A stretch of DNA of 64,000 nt from Candidatus Bathyarchaeota archaeon (lineage in GTDB: Archaea > Thermoproteota > Bathyarchaeia > Bathyarchaeales > Bathycorpusculaceae), in the NCBI GenBank assembly GCA_963832745.1, contig CAWHVC010000003.1:224001-288000 (forward strand), given 5' to 3'. The notes under the pieces were generated by a model. It worked only from the letters and a program-made list of their open reading frames with translations, did not search any database and had not been told where the DNA came from. Below, in pieces: positions 1 through 10,158 of the stretch; positions within the stretch are counted from its first letter, which is position 1; each line of letters starts with the position of its first letter. Position numbers and translations under genes: made by a program.

Positions 1-1247
1 ATTACGACTATGTGGTTTACGGATTTTGTGACTATGCGTTCAGCGATGGCACGGATTTCCTCGTTTTCCATGCAGGTTATAGCGGGGTGCATAACGTTGG
101 AAACAAACGGGATTTCCTGTGTTTGACGCATCGGCTTAACAACTGTGTCAAGAGGGAGCCTTTCGATAGGGGCTGTTAGGGTAAATTGGCCCTCGTCAAT
201 CCAACTCTTGAGAGTTTTGGAAACCTTTTTCGCCATTTTTAGGCTTGAAAGAGAACTAACGCGAACCCGTTTACCGTTCACATTAATAGCGCCCGATTTT
301 AGTTCAGCGTAGGAGACTTTGGCAAGTTTAGGCTTGTCTCTGCGCATTACGCTGTAATCGATTACGTCGGTGAAGATTTCACTGTCTCGAATTGCAGTTT
401 TTTGGGCTAAGCCTTCGTTTAGGATTGGAATAGGTATGCCTAAACCCACGTACATTGTTGTACCGTAACGTGTGAAAGCTGCACCCTGTAAAAATTCGGG
501 ACTCATTTTTTTGGCGTCCCCCTTTACCATCAATGTCCCGTTAAGGTTTTTGGGGCTATGCTGGGTACCTTCACCGATGATGTATCCTTGACCGCCGCCA
601 AGGAAGATTTTGGTGCCAAACCCAATGGTTTCATAGTCTGGGTCGTTCATGAGCGGGTTTAATTCGCCAGCGCCAGAATAGGTTGCATTGCGCATTCTTG
701 GCAGAAGCTTGCTCATGTAAGTGTAAATTGTTTCATCGCTACCATTGATTGCACAATTGTAGCGTTGGTAGCAGTTACGGAAGTTGAGCAAGAAAAACTG
801 GTTAAGGTCATCTTTTGTTATTGTTGTTTTAACTGCTGTGCGAGGGTAACAGTCAGTTCCATAAGCGGTGGCGCGCAATTCAACCTCGTTACCCGCAACT
901 AAATCTTGAATTACGTGACCGCCCCCGTACTCAAAAGGCTGTTTTTCACAAGAATTAGCCGCACCAATAAAGAGGTCAACAGCTGCGCCGGGATGGCAGA
1001 CTTCCACGTCGTTTAACCATGCCCGCTGGATTTTGATAGGTGGATCAGAATGTCCAAGGTTAATGACAGCGCCTGAAGAGCACATAGCCCCGAAAGTGCC
1101 GGTTGTTACAACGTCAACTTCTTTGAAGGCAACTTCTACGCCGCTGCTTTCTACAAGTTTTTTCATTTCTTCAGCGGTTAAGACTTGGGCGTCGCCTTTT
1201 CGGATTTTTTGGTTAATTTCCTCGATTGTCCGTGTTTTCTTAGACAA
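1..1247 (-). CDS. Homocysteine biosynthesis protein / L-aspartate-semialdehyde sulfurtransferase (DUF39 + C-terminal CBS domains), 3'-truncated by the window
   Basis: Not in the ORF track (no stop in window). Manual translation from TTG at 1247: MSKKTRTIEEINQKIRKGDAQVLTAEEMK...VDVVTTGTFGAMCSSGA..., typical of the MA1821/MJ0100 family. CBS-like VSNVMHPAITC near the window edge; AAGGT SD-like site upstream. Confidence 0.88.
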   Translation of the reverse strand, partial: MSKKTRTIEEINQKIRKGDAQVLTAEEMKKLVESSGVEVAFKEVDVVTTGTFGAMCSSGAVINLGHSDPPIKIQRAWLNDVEVCHPGAAVDLFIGAANSCEKQPFEYGGGHVIQDLVAGNEVELRATAYGTDCYPRTAVKTTITKDDLNQFFLLNFRNCYQRYNCAINGSDETIYTYMSKLLPRMRNATYSGAGELNPLMNDPDYETIGFGTKIFLGGGQGYIIGEGTQHSPKNLNGTLMVKGDAKKMSPEFLQGAAFTRYGTTMYVGLGIPIPILNEGLAQKTAIRDSEIFTDVIDYSVMRRDKPKLAKVSYAELKSGAINVNGKRVRVSSLSSLKMAKKVSKTLKSWIDEGQFTLTAPIERLPLDTVVKPMRQTQEIPFVSNVMHPAITCMENEEIRAIAERIVTKSVNHIVV

Positions 1248-1460
1248 GCAGCCTTACCTTGATGCCAATCGAAAAGTAACCCAAACAATATAATACTTAC
1301 GCAAAAAGCCGCCCATAAAACAGGTCAAGCATGAGAACAAAAAGAAAAACAACATAGCAGTTTTAAAAAAGATTGCTTTTTAACTTAAAATGATCCTAAA
1401 CAGGATTTTCTGAATAGTTTTTAATACCACTTAGTTTTAAATGCGATTGCTTGTGGAGCT

Positions 1461-2714
1461 ATGAAAAACTGGAAAAGCGCCAGTATAAGCATAGTCTTAT
1501 TAGCTGTGCTCTTGAATGCAGCCGTGTTTTTGCCAGTAAACGCTGCTGAGAAATGGAATTTTGAGATAATAGATGAACATGGTGGCTCATGGGATATTCA
1601 ACATTGCCCTGTGGTTTTGGATTCTAAAAATTTGCCACATATCATTTACACAGAACTTCACCTTACATGGAGACAAGACAAATCATACACCGTAAACTAC
1701 GCCTACTGGGATGGCTTTGGCTGGAACAAACAAACGTTAGGGGAAGGAATAGCCTATAGTATCGCTATAGATGCAAATGATAATCTTCATATTGTTTATG
1801 GCTCCATTGACCAACAAGGACAATTAACGTATGCAAACAAGACAGGAAATAACTGGATTTACCAAACTGTTTACTCTTATGACCCCGGTTATACCTCGAT
1901 AGCTGTTGATTCATGGGGAAAACCGCACATAGCATTCAGCAGTGGTGGCGAATTAAAGTATGCAAGTTGGACAGGCAGTGACTGGAGCATTCAAAAGGTT
2001 GACGATACCCCAGCGAATGAGTATAGTTTATCTTTGGCTTTAGATTCAAACAATAATCCAACAATAGCATACTACTTTACGCTCACAGTACTGAACGTTC
2101 CTACTGGTGTTTACACAACCACATCGAGTCTAAGGCTTGCTACTTTCAAAGATTCAAACTGGGAAATTCAAAACCTTTCAGATATGCCTGGAGAATTAGG
2201 AAACATTGTTTTAGATTCAAATGAAAACCCGCATTTAACTTACAAGTTAAGTTACCCACCCAAATTGTCAGCTTTTGATAACAGTACACTTGTTTACGCC
2301 AGTTGGGACGGGGCTTCTTGGAACATGCAAAGTGTTATCACTAATGATTACGTTGATTCTATGAATCTTGACCTTGATTCTCAGGATAACCCGCATATCA
2401 TTTTTTCTTCAGGTGTAAATCTCACTTACACAAGTTTAACAAGTAACGGTTGGGAAAAACAAACATTTAACAGCACCTTGGGTCCCTGCTGTTTAGCCTT
2501 AGACTCTAACAACCTTCCTCACCTAACTTGCATTACACCCAATTTAAATTCAGACAATGTTTACTATGTGAATGTAGCTTATGCTACAGTGCCTGAAGCC
2601 TCGAATCCTCTGGGGCTTACCCTGCAAAACTGGTTTTTACCGTTAACACTTACTGCAGTTTTAGTTGCAGTAGGAACAACTTTAGCTTTGGTATGGAAGA
2701 AAAAGAAACATTAA
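1461..2714 (+). CDS. Exported, membrane-anchored beta-propeller-like repeat protein
   Basis: N-terminal signal peptide, about 7 repeats of [LI]D[SA]xxxPHI-like motif, C-terminal TM helix followed by KKKKH. Confidence 0.7.
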   Translation: MKNWKSASISIVLLAVLLNAAVFLPVNAAEKWNFEIIDEHGGSWDIQHCPVVLDSKNLPHIIYTELHLTWRQDKSYTVNYAYWDGFGWNKQTLGEGIAYSIAIDANDNLHIVYGSIDQQGQLTYANKTGNNWIYQTVYSYDPGYTSIAVDSWGKPHIAFSSGGELKYASWTGSDWSIQKVDDTPANEYSLSLALDSNNNPTIAYYFTLTVLNVPTGVYTTTSSLRLATFKDSNWEIQNLSDMPGELGNIVLDSNENPHLTYKLSYPPKLSAFDNSTLVYASWDGASWNMQSVITNDYVDSMNLDLDSQDNPHIIFSSGVNLTYTSLTSNGWEKQTFNSTLGPCCLALDSNNLPHLTCITPNLNSDNVYYVNVAYATVPEASNPLGLTLQNWFLPLTLTAVLVAVGTTLALVWKKKKH

Positions 2715-2726
2715 CTGAACACCTTG

Positions 2727-2822
2727 CCCCAACCTATTAGATTCCTATTAGAGGTTCTATGCTGGAACCTATAGGGGTAGGTGCTATTGGCTGGAAAACA
2801 AGCCATTAGTATGTTGAAAAAG
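2727..2822 (+). repeat. Dispersed intergenic repeat, copy A
   Basis: ccaacctattag...cctataggggtaggtgctattggctggaaaa...ttagtatgttgaaaa aligns with 20476-20560, 61236-61293 and 62297-62472. Confidence 0.75.
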
Positions 2823-2852
2823 GGTAGAAATTGTTAGCAGCCCTGGGTGGGT

Positions 2853-5800
2853 TTACCATTGTTTCCAGGGGATTTCGTCCATGTACTCGTTGAGACTGCG
2901 GATTGATGCTCCGTTGTCTTTATGTTTAAGCACATCAACCAATGCAGCTGCAAGTTGTAGGTTGGTTATGACTGGCACGTTGAATTCTACTGCTTGGCGT
3001 CGGATGATGTAGCCGTCGGTTAAGATGTCTGAGTAGCTTGTTTGGCGGTTTGCGACTGGCACGTTTATGACTAAGTCGATTTTGCGTTCTTGTAGGTAGT
3101 CGAGGATGTTGGGGTTTGCTTGTGCGTCTTTAACTTTGTAGAGTATGGTTGTGTTCACGCCTGAAGCGTTCAGCACGTTGGCTGTGTGGGCTGTTGCGTA
3201 GATGCGGAAGTTCATTTCAGCAAACGCTTTTGCGATTGGGACGACACGTTTCTTGCGTTCCTCATCGCCACCGACGCTGATTAGAATAGCGCCGTCTTTT
3301 GGTGGAATGTTAACCTCGGCAGCTTGCAAGGCTTTACTGAATGCGTCTGAGAAGCTTTCGCCAATGCAGGCAACTTCGCCTGTGCTGAGCATTTCTACGC
3401 CCAAAACTGGGTCAGCGCCGCTAAGACGCATGAAACTAAATTGTGGAACCTTGACGCCTACATGTGGGGCAACAGTCATGGGTGAGAGTTGGATAGTGAT
3501 TTTTTTGCCCAACATTGCAAGAGTTGCTTGTTCAATCAGGTTTACGCCACGGGTTTTGCTGACAAACGGCATTGACCGTGAAGCGCGTAAGTTGCATTCG
3601 ATAACGTTGACGACGTCGTCTTTTACTAGGTATTGGATGTTAAAGGGGCCACGGATTCTAAGCGCCTTTACGATGCGTTGGGTGCAGTCTTCAATTTTCT
3701 TTTGAACCTCAATCTTAAGCGCTTGTGGTGGGATGGTCATTGTTGCGTCGCCGCTGTGGACGCCCGCGTTTTCTACGTGTTCCATTATTGCGCCGATTAG
3801 CACGTTTTCGCCGTCGCTGACGCCGTCAACTTCAACTTCTTTGGCGCGTGTTATGAATTTGCTGATGACAACTGGATGGTCATGGGAGACTTTAGCTGCG
3901 AGGTTTAGGAAGTTTTCAAGTGAGGCTTCGTTGTAGGCTACACGCATAGCGCTGCCAGAGAGCACATAGCTTGGGCGGACGATAACGGGGTAACCAATTT
4001 TTTCTGCGCTACGTTTGGCGTCTGCAATGGATACAAGTTTGCTCCAAGGCGGCTGACTAATACCAAGTTGGTCAAGTAACGCGCTGAATTTAGAGCGGTC
4101 TTCTGCTAAATCGACATCATGTGCAGATGTGCCAAGGATTTTGGCGCCTAACTCCGTCAGTTTCATGGACAGGTTGTTTGGGATTTGTCCACCGACGCTT
4201 GTGATTATGCCAAGCGGGTTTTCTTTGTCGTAAATGTCCATGATACGTTCAGTGGTTAATTCTTCAAAGTACAGTTTATCCGACACATCGTAGTCGGTGC
4301 TGACGGTTTCAGGGTTATAGTTAACCATGATGGCTTCTTTTATGCCGTTTTTCTTGAGCGCCCAAATCGTGTTAACGCCGCACCAGTCAAACTCGACGCT
4401 TGAACCGATACGGAAAACGCCTGCACCTAGAACAATGACTTTGCTTGGAGTATTGGAAAGTTCAATATCGTCTTCGTCTCCACCGTAAGTCATGTAAAGA
4501 TAGTTGGTTTTGGCTGGATACTCGGCGGCTAAAGTGTCGATCTGTTTAACTGAAGGAACAATTTTAGCGTTTTTACGGAAAGTGCGAATTGTTGTTTCGT
4601 CAGTGCATTGGCAAACTGCAATTTGCTCATCTGAGAAGCCTATGCGTTTAGCTTCACGTATAACCTCAACAGCTTCGGATTCGCCAAGATTTAGGTTGCG
4701 CAGTTTATCTTCCATGTTAAGTATGTTCTTGATTTTATACAGGAAGAAAGGATCGATTCCGCTTAGGCGATAAATTTCTGGTACACTTAATCCCATGCGA
4801 AGGGCTTTGCTGATTTTGTAGAGACGCTCATCTGTTGGATCCGCCAGTTCATCACGAATGCGTTCCTCTGATTCAGGCTCAGAATCTTCGGGGTTGCAGA
4901 CTAAACCGATTTTGCCGATGTCAAGCATTCGGACAGCTTTCTGCAGAGCCTCTTCAAAGCAGCGGCCAATAGCCATGACTTCGCCTACACTGCGCATTTG
5001 TGGTCCAACATGGCGGTCGGCGTTTTTGAATTTTTGAAGATCCCATCGAGGGATTTTAACCGTGATGTAGTCGAGGGCTGGTTCGAAGCAGGCGGTTGTT
5101 ACTTCTGTTACTTTGTTGATTAATTCAGGCAACAGGTAACCGATGGTTAACTTAGTAGCGATATAGGCAAGCGGGTAACCAGTGACTTTGCTGGCTAAAG
5201 CGCTGCTTCTTGACATTCTTGAGTTTACTTCGATGACTCGGCATTCTTCGGATTTAGTGTGAAGTGCCCATTGGATGTTGCATTCGCCAACTATGCCGAG
5301 GTGACGTATTGCGTTTATGCTGATTGAACGTATTTTGTGGTATTCACGATTCGTCATGGTCTGTGAGGGCGCAACAACGATGCTGTCGCCAGTGTGAACG
5401 CCCATGGGATCAAAGTTTTCCATGTTACACACGGTTAAACAGTTGTCAGCATAATCACGCATAACCTCATATTCAACTTCTTTCCAGTGACCAACATACT
5501 CTTCAATTAGGACTTGCCCGATGCGGCTCTGTGCGATTCCTCGGGTAACGATTTCTTTAAGTTCGGTCACATTATGGGCGACGCCACTGCCTTTGCCGCC
5601 TAAAGTGTAAGCTACACGAACAATCACAGGGTAACCGATTTCTTCAGCTGTTTCCATGGCAGATTTGAGACTAGTAGCTGATTTGCTTTTTAGGGGTGGA
5701 ACGTCGGCTTCAAGCATTGATTGACGGAAACGTTCCCTATCTCCTGTATCTTCAATGGCAGAAATTGGAGTACCTAGAACTTTACAGTTGTACTTGTCAA

Positions 5801-6122
5801 GAATACCTGTTTTGGCTAGTTCGATGCCGCAGTTTAACGCGGTTTGTCCACCGAACCCAAGCAGGATGCCGTCAGGACGTTCCTTAGCTATAACTTTTTC
5901 CACAAATTCGGGGGTAACTGGGAGAAGATAGACTTTGCCTGAAAGCCTTGGGTCAGTTTGGATTGTTGCAATGTTGGGGTTAATTAGAACGGTTTCTATA
6001 CCTTCCTCTCGCAGGGCTTTTAGGCATTGACTTCCACTGTAATCGAATTCGGCTGCTTCACCAATTTTGATTGCGCCGCTTCCAAGAACAAGAACTTTAT
6101 GTATCCAATCGAATTTCGGCAT
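2853..6122 (-). CDS. carB: Carbamoyl-phosphate synthase large subunit
   Basis: GSGAIKIGEAAEFDYSG, two ATP-grasp halves, C-terminal MGS domain, 1089 aa. Confidence 0.98.
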   Translation of the reverse strand: MPKFDWIHKVLVLGSGAIKIGEAAEFDYSGSQCLKALREEGIETVLINPNIATIQTDPRLSGKVYLLPVTPEFVEKVIAKERPDGILLGFGGQTALNCGIELAKTGILDKYNCKVLGTPISAIEDTGDRERFRQSMLEADVPPLKSKSATSLKSAMETAEEIGYPVIVRVAYTLGGKGSGVAHNVTELKEIVTRGIAQSRIGQVLIEEYVGHWKEVEYEVMRDYADNCLTVCNMENFDPMGVHTGDSIVVAPSQTMTNREYHKIRSISINAIRHLGIVGECNIQWALHTKSEECRVIEVNSRMSRSSALASKVTGYPLAYIATKLTIGYLLPELINKVTEVTTACFEPALDYITVKIPRWDLQKFKNADRHVGPQMRSVGEVMAIGRCFEEALQKAVRMLDIGKIGLVCNPEDSEPESEERIRDELADPTDERLYKISKALRMGLSVPEIYRLSGIDPFFLYKIKNILNMEDKLRNLNLGESEAVEVIREAKRIGFSDEQIAVCQCTDETTIRTFRKNAKIVPSVKQIDTLAAEYPAKTNYLYMTYGGDEDDIELSNTPSKVIVLGAGVFRIGSSVEFDWCGVNTIWALKKNGIKEAIMVNYNPETVSTDYDVSDKLYFEELTTERIMDIYDKENPLGIITSVGGQIPNNLSMKLTELGAKILGTSAHDVDLAEDRSKFSALLDQLGISQPPWSKLVSIADAKRSAEKIGYPVIVRPSYVLSGSAMRVAYNEASLENFLNLAAKVSHDHPVVISKFITRAKEVEVDGVSDGENVLIGAIMEHVENAGVHSGDATMTIPPQALKIEVQKKIEDCTQRIVKALRIRGPFNIQYLVKDDVVNVIECNLRASRSMPFVSKTRGVNLIEQATLAMLGKKITIQLSPMTVAPHVGVKVPQFSFMRLSGADPVLGVEMLSTGEVACIGESFSDAFSKALQAAEVNIPPKDGAILISVGGDEERKKRVVPIAKAFAEMNFRIYATAHTANVLNASGVNTTILYKVKDAQANPNILDYLQERKIDLVINVPVANRQTSYSDILTDGYIIRRQAVEFNVPVITNLQLAAALVDVLKHKDNGASIRSLNEYMDEIPWKQW

Positions 6123-7267
6123 TATTTTGCCTCCAAAGTTTTTTTGAATTTATCAAACAGCATTTCAGTATCGTAAGGTCCAGGTGAAGCTTCAGGATGC
6201 CATTGAACTGCAAAGACGGGTTTGGTTTTGTGTTTTATGCCTTCAGTGGTTTTATCGTTAGGGTTTACGAACCAGGGTTCAAGCGGCGTCTGCTTTAGAG
6301 TTTCCAAGTTTATAGCGTAACCGTGATTTTGAGTAGTAATATAACAACGTTTACTGGTCAAGTCAAGAGCAGGCTGGTTTTGAGCTCTGTGACCAAACTT
6401 AAGTTTGTAAGTATCTGCACCCATTGCTAAAGCCAAGATTTGAGCACCCAAACAGATACCCATCACTGGAACCTTTTCGACGAGTTCGCGAAGGGCTTCA
6501 ACGGTTTTTGTGTTACGTTTAGGGTCACCTGGCCCGTTGCTGACAAAGACACCGTCAGGGTGGTAAGATAAAATCTCTGCTGCTGAGGTGTCGTATGGTA
6601 CTCGGATAACGTTTATTCCTCGTCTTAACAGGTTACGGATAATGCTGAATTTAACTCCACAGTCAATTAAGACAACGGTTAGTTTGCCGTCAACATTGTA
6701 CTTGCAGGGTTTTTTAACAGAGACTTCCTTGACAAGGTCGGTCTGATTGGGGTCTGCAATATTGTGTCCATTTTTCAGGAGCGCTTCAAGGTTTGGTTCT
6801 TCGTTTGCGTCAAAAACTTGCATTATTCCAAGCATGACACCGTGGGTTCGCAGTTTTTTGGTTAATCGTCGTGTGTCTATGCCGTAGATTCCCGGGACGC
6901 CTTCGTCGGATAACCATTTGTCAAGGGTACGGGTGGATGCCCAATGGTATGGTTCGAGACAGAGCTCATGGATTACTAAGCCTTGAACTTGAATGTGGTC
7001 TGATTCAAAGTAAAGTGGCAAACCAAGGTTAAGCTCGTTTGATGGAACACCATAATTGCCCACCATTGGATAAGTAAGAGTTAAAATTTGTCCTTTATAC
7101 GAGGGGTCGGTTAAAGATTCAGGGTACCCAACCATTGAAGTTGAAAAAACCACTTCGCCACTTATTTTTCCGGTGGCACCAAAACCTTTCCCGATAAATG
7201 ACGTTCCGTCTTCAAGAAGCAGAACCGCTTTTTTAGTTTTATCCGACATGCTGTGTTGTGACTCCAA
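6122..7267 (-). CDS. carA: Carbamoyl-phosphate synthase small subunit
   Basis: LTDPSYKGQI, SNGPGDP, GICLG, QWHPE glutaminase motifs. Confidence 0.98.
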   Translation of the reverse strand: MESQHSMSDKTKKAVLLLEDGTSFIGKGFGATGKISGEVVFSTSMVGYPESLTDPSYKGQILTLTYPMVGNYGVPSNELNLGLPLYFESDHIQVQGLVIHELCLEPYHWASTRTLDKWLSDEGVPGIYGIDTRRLTKKLRTHGVMLGIMQVFDANEEPNLEALLKNGHNIADPNQTDLVKEVSVKKPCKYNVDGKLTVVLIDCGVKFSIIRNLLRRGINVIRVPYDTSAAEILSYHPDGVFVSNGPGDPKRNTKTVEALRELVEKVPVMGICLGAQILALAMGADTYKLKFGHRAQNQPALDLTSKRCYITTQNHGYAINLETLKQTPLEPWFVNPNDKTTEGIKHKTKPVFAVQWHPEASPGPYDTEMLFDKFKKTLEAK

Positions 7268-7287
7268 AGCTTGATCTACCTATAATT

Positions 7288-8769
7288 TCAATTTTTGTTA
7301 TCTGATGACTGTGAAGAGTATGAATCCACCAGATCGTCCAGCGTGTTTGAGGCTTTTGAAAGCGCAACTTTAAGGCTCAAAATCGCCCATTCAGTTTGCG
7401 TGTGACTTTTGACTCTTTCTTTTAAGGTTCTTTCAACCTCGATTGGTGATGGACCGCCTTGAACTTTATATGTTTCGACTATTTTGCGTGGATTTGTGCA
7501 TTCAACTATATCTTCTAATTTAACAGTTAACTCCAAACCAGCGCTTTCTTTAGCGACCTTATGCAACAACTCGGATGAAGTATCTATAAGCGTCTTTTTG
7601 GATTCAATCAAAGTTTTTACAATTGCCCCAGCAATTTTGTGCGCTGTGCGAAAGGCAACGTTGTATTTGCGTACAAGCATGTTTGCCAACTCCGTAGCGC
7701 CGACAAAGCCTGCAGCCGCTTTTTGTTCAACGTTGCTGGAAACTTTAATGTTTGGAACCAATTGGGTAAAGATATTCAGGGATGCTTTGAGGTTGTCTGT
7801 TGCTGCCCAAAGTTTGGGAGTTAATTCTTGGAAGTCAAGATTGTAAGTTGTAGGCAAGCTTTTCACTGCCGCAGCCGCCGCCACATAATCACCTAAAGCA
7901 TAGCTTGCTCGTGCCCGTATAACTTCGAGGCATTCAGGGTTTTTCTTTTGCGGCATAATGCTGCTTGTTGAAGTGAATTCGTCTGGCAACTCGACGGTGC
8001 CAAACTCAGCTGAACTCCAAATGATTAGGTCTTCAGCAAAACGACTCAAATTCACGGCGGTTAAGGTTAAAGCGGCGACTGTTTCAACTATGAAATCTCG
8101 GCTACCCACTGCGTCAATCGAGTTTTCCAAAACATCGCTAAAACCCAAAAGTTCGGCGGTGCGTTTACGGTTGAGTGGGAAACTTGTTGTTGCCAAGGCG
8201 CCCGCACCCAATGGTGAAAAGTTGACGCGTTCATATGCACCTTGCAAACGTTGTAAATCGCGTCCTAAAGCGTCATACTGTGAAACAAGGTAATGTGCGT
8301 AAGTAACCGGTTGAGCCGCCTGCAAATGAGTGTACTCCAGAATTATTGTGTCTAAATGTTTAGCTGCCGTATCAAGCAGGTTCTGCTGCATTTCCAAAAT
8401 TTCCTGCATAATAAATAGCAACTCGTTGCGTAAGGTCATGCGTATTGCGGTTGTGACTTGGTCGTTTCGGCTTTTTGCTACGTGCATGTTGCCGCCGACT
8501 TCTGGTCCTGTTTGGGATAGGACGGCTTCTTCGACTGCCATGTGCACGTCTTCCGCTTCTGGGTCAAGCTTGGATGCAGAAAGATTTGCGAGTGCAGCAA
8601 GAATTTTTGTGCCGGGTTGCCAAGGAATAATTTCTTGTTCCATAACCATGGCAACGTGTGCTTTGTTAATTGCCAACACTGCCTCAGCAAGGCGGGTATC
8701 GTCATTTCTTGAAGAGGTGAAATGAGCAACGTCTTCTCGAACATTGCCGAGGCGTCCTCCATGCAACAT
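7288..8769 (-). CDS. argH: Argininosuccinate lyase
   Basis: SRNDQV and SSIMPQKKNPE signatures. Start taken as ATG at 8769 because the track's TTG at 8796 overlaps the GAGGAGG SD. Confidence 0.95.
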   Translation of the reverse strand: MLHGGRLGNVREDVAHFTSSRNDDTRLAEAVLAINKAHVAMVMEQEIIPWQPGTKILAALANLSASKLDPEAEDVHMAVEEAVLSQTGPEVGGNMHVAKSRNDQVTTAIRMTLRNELLFIMQEILEMQQNLLDTAAKHLDTIILEYTHLQAAQPVTYAHYLVSQYDALGRDLQRLQGAYERVNFSPLGAGALATTSFPLNRKRTAELLGFSDVLENSIDAVGSRDFIVETVAALTLTAVNLSRFAEDLIIWSSAEFGTVELPDEFTSTSSIMPQKKNPECLEVIRARASYALGDYVAAAAAVKSLPTTYNLDFQELTPKLWAATDNLKASLNIFTQLVPNIKVSSNVEQKAAAGFVGATELANMLVRKYNVAFRTAHKIAGAIVKTLIESKKTLIDTSSELLHKVAKESAGLELTVKLEDIVECTNPRKIVETYKVQGGPSPIEVERTLKERVKSHTQTEWAILSLKVALSKASNTLDDLVDSYSSQSSDNKN

Positions 8770-8813
8770 TTTAGACGTTTTCCATGCCCTCCTCAAGTTT
8801 TTTTAGTTTTGTT

Positions 8814-10034
8814 CTACTTGGTAGTCTTTGAGGCTTTCGGTTCCTTTGACGCTTTTAATGCATTGTACATCTTTGTTTGCATGCCCCAGAGTTCAATGAA
8901 GCCTTTTGAGTATGACTGGTTAAAGCTTGTTTTAATGTTATAGTTTGCCAAGTTCTTGTCGTAAAGTGAGTTTGGTGAACTACGTCCGACAACTTGCATG
9001 CTACCCTTGTAGAGCTTCAGTTTAACTTCGCCGTTCACGTTTTCTTGTGAACGGTTGATGAATGCGTCTAAATCATCTTTCAATGGGTCAACCCACAAGC
9101 CTGCATAAGCAAGGAAGACCCATTGGTCATCAATGGTTTGTTTGAAAAGGTTTTCGTGGCGTGTCATAACCATTTTTTCAAGGTCACGGTGAGCTTCCAA
9201 AATGACAATCGCTGCTGGGCACTCGTAAACTTCACGGGATTTTAAGCCGACGATACGGTCTTCTATGTGGTCAATTCGACCTACACCGTTTCGTCCAGCA
9301 ATCTTGTTTACTTCCTCTATAAGTTCAAGGGGCAGCATTGCTTTTCCGTTAACTGCTACTGGTTCACCTGATTGGAAAGTGATTGTTACGTATTCGGGTT
9401 TGTCTGGAGCCTTTTCTGGCGCAACTGTCCATTCATACGCGTCGGCGGGTGGCTCAACACTGGCGTCCTCAAGCAAACCGCATTCGATGGCGCGTCCCCA
9501 AACGCTGGCGTCAATACTGTATTTGGTTGCGTTAATTGAGATTGGAATGCCTTTGGCTTTGGCGTACGCCATTTCTTCTTCACGGGTCATGCCCCATTCA
9601 CGTACTGGAGCAAGAACTTTCATTTCTGGTGCTAAACTGCTTAATGTTATATCAAATCGGACTTGGTCGTTTCCTCGCCCTGTGCAGCCGTGGGCTAAGC
9701 CTGTTGCGCCTTCTTGTTTGGCGATTTCAACCATTTTTTTGGCGATTAATGGTCTTGATAGGCTTGTGCTAATTGGGTATTTGTCTTCATAAAGCGCGTT
9801 GGCTTTTATGGCGGGGAAAATATAGTCTTTGGCGAATTCGTCTTTGGCGTCGATTGAGAAGTGTTTTAGAACGCCAAGTTTATGGGCTTTTTCTTCTGCG
9901 CCAGGCAGGTCTTCGCCTTGGCCTACGTCAACTGTGACGGTGATTACTTGTGCGTCATATTTTTCTTGGAGGTATTTTATTAACACGGATGTGTCTAATC
10001 CGCCACTATATGCAAGTACAATTTTCTCGGTTAT
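8814..10034 (-). CDS. argG: Argininosuccinate synthase, probably starting at non-canonical ATA
   Basis: HGCTGRGNDQVRF motif. The essential KIVLAYSGGLDTS PP-loop lies upstream of the track's GTG (9986); the frame is open to an in-frame TAA at 10038-10040; ATA at 10034 sits 6 nt after GGGGAG. Confidence 0.95.
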   Translation of the reverse strand: MTEKIVLAYSGGLDTSVLIKYLQEKYDAQVITVTVDVGQGEDLPGAEEKAHKLGVLKHFSIDAKDEFAKDYIFPAIKANALYEDKYPISTSLSRPLIAKKMVEIAKQEGATGLAHGCTGRGNDQVRFDITLSSLAPEMKVLAPVREWGMTREEEMAYAKAKGIPISINATKYSIDASVWGRAIECGLLEDASVEPPADAYEWTVAPEKAPDKPEYVTITFQSGEPVAVNGKAMLPLELIEEVNKIAGRNGVGRIDHIEDRIVGLKSREVYECPAAIVILEAHRDLEKMVMTRHENLFKQTIDDQWVFLAYAGLWVDPLKDDLDAFINRSQENVNGEVKLKLYKGSMQVVGRSSPNSLYDKNLANYNIKTSFNQSYSKGFIELWGMQTKMYNALKASKEPKASKTTK

Positions 10035-10089
10035 TGTTTACTCCCCCGTTTTGTGAGCTAAATTATTTCCCTTACCTTGCAGGCTATAT

Positions 10090-10147
10090 TTTTAAACCTT
10101 GTGACTTTTTTGTTACATAAGAAGCTTTAAATGTACTATTTGATACA
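10090..10147. promoter_or_regulatory. Divergent argG/ACT-gene promoter with putative two-site operator (TGTGAC-N6-GTTACA, 14 nt, TGT-N10-ACA)
   Basis: 10090-10117 is 25/28 identical to 33061-33088 upstream of lysW; TATA-like elements on both strands. Confidence 0.7.
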
Positions 10148-10158
10148 TCGATATTTCT

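Noticed and set aside
1033-1293. 86-aa plus-strand ORF
   Set aside because: Antisense to the homocysteine biosynthesis gene that the track missed
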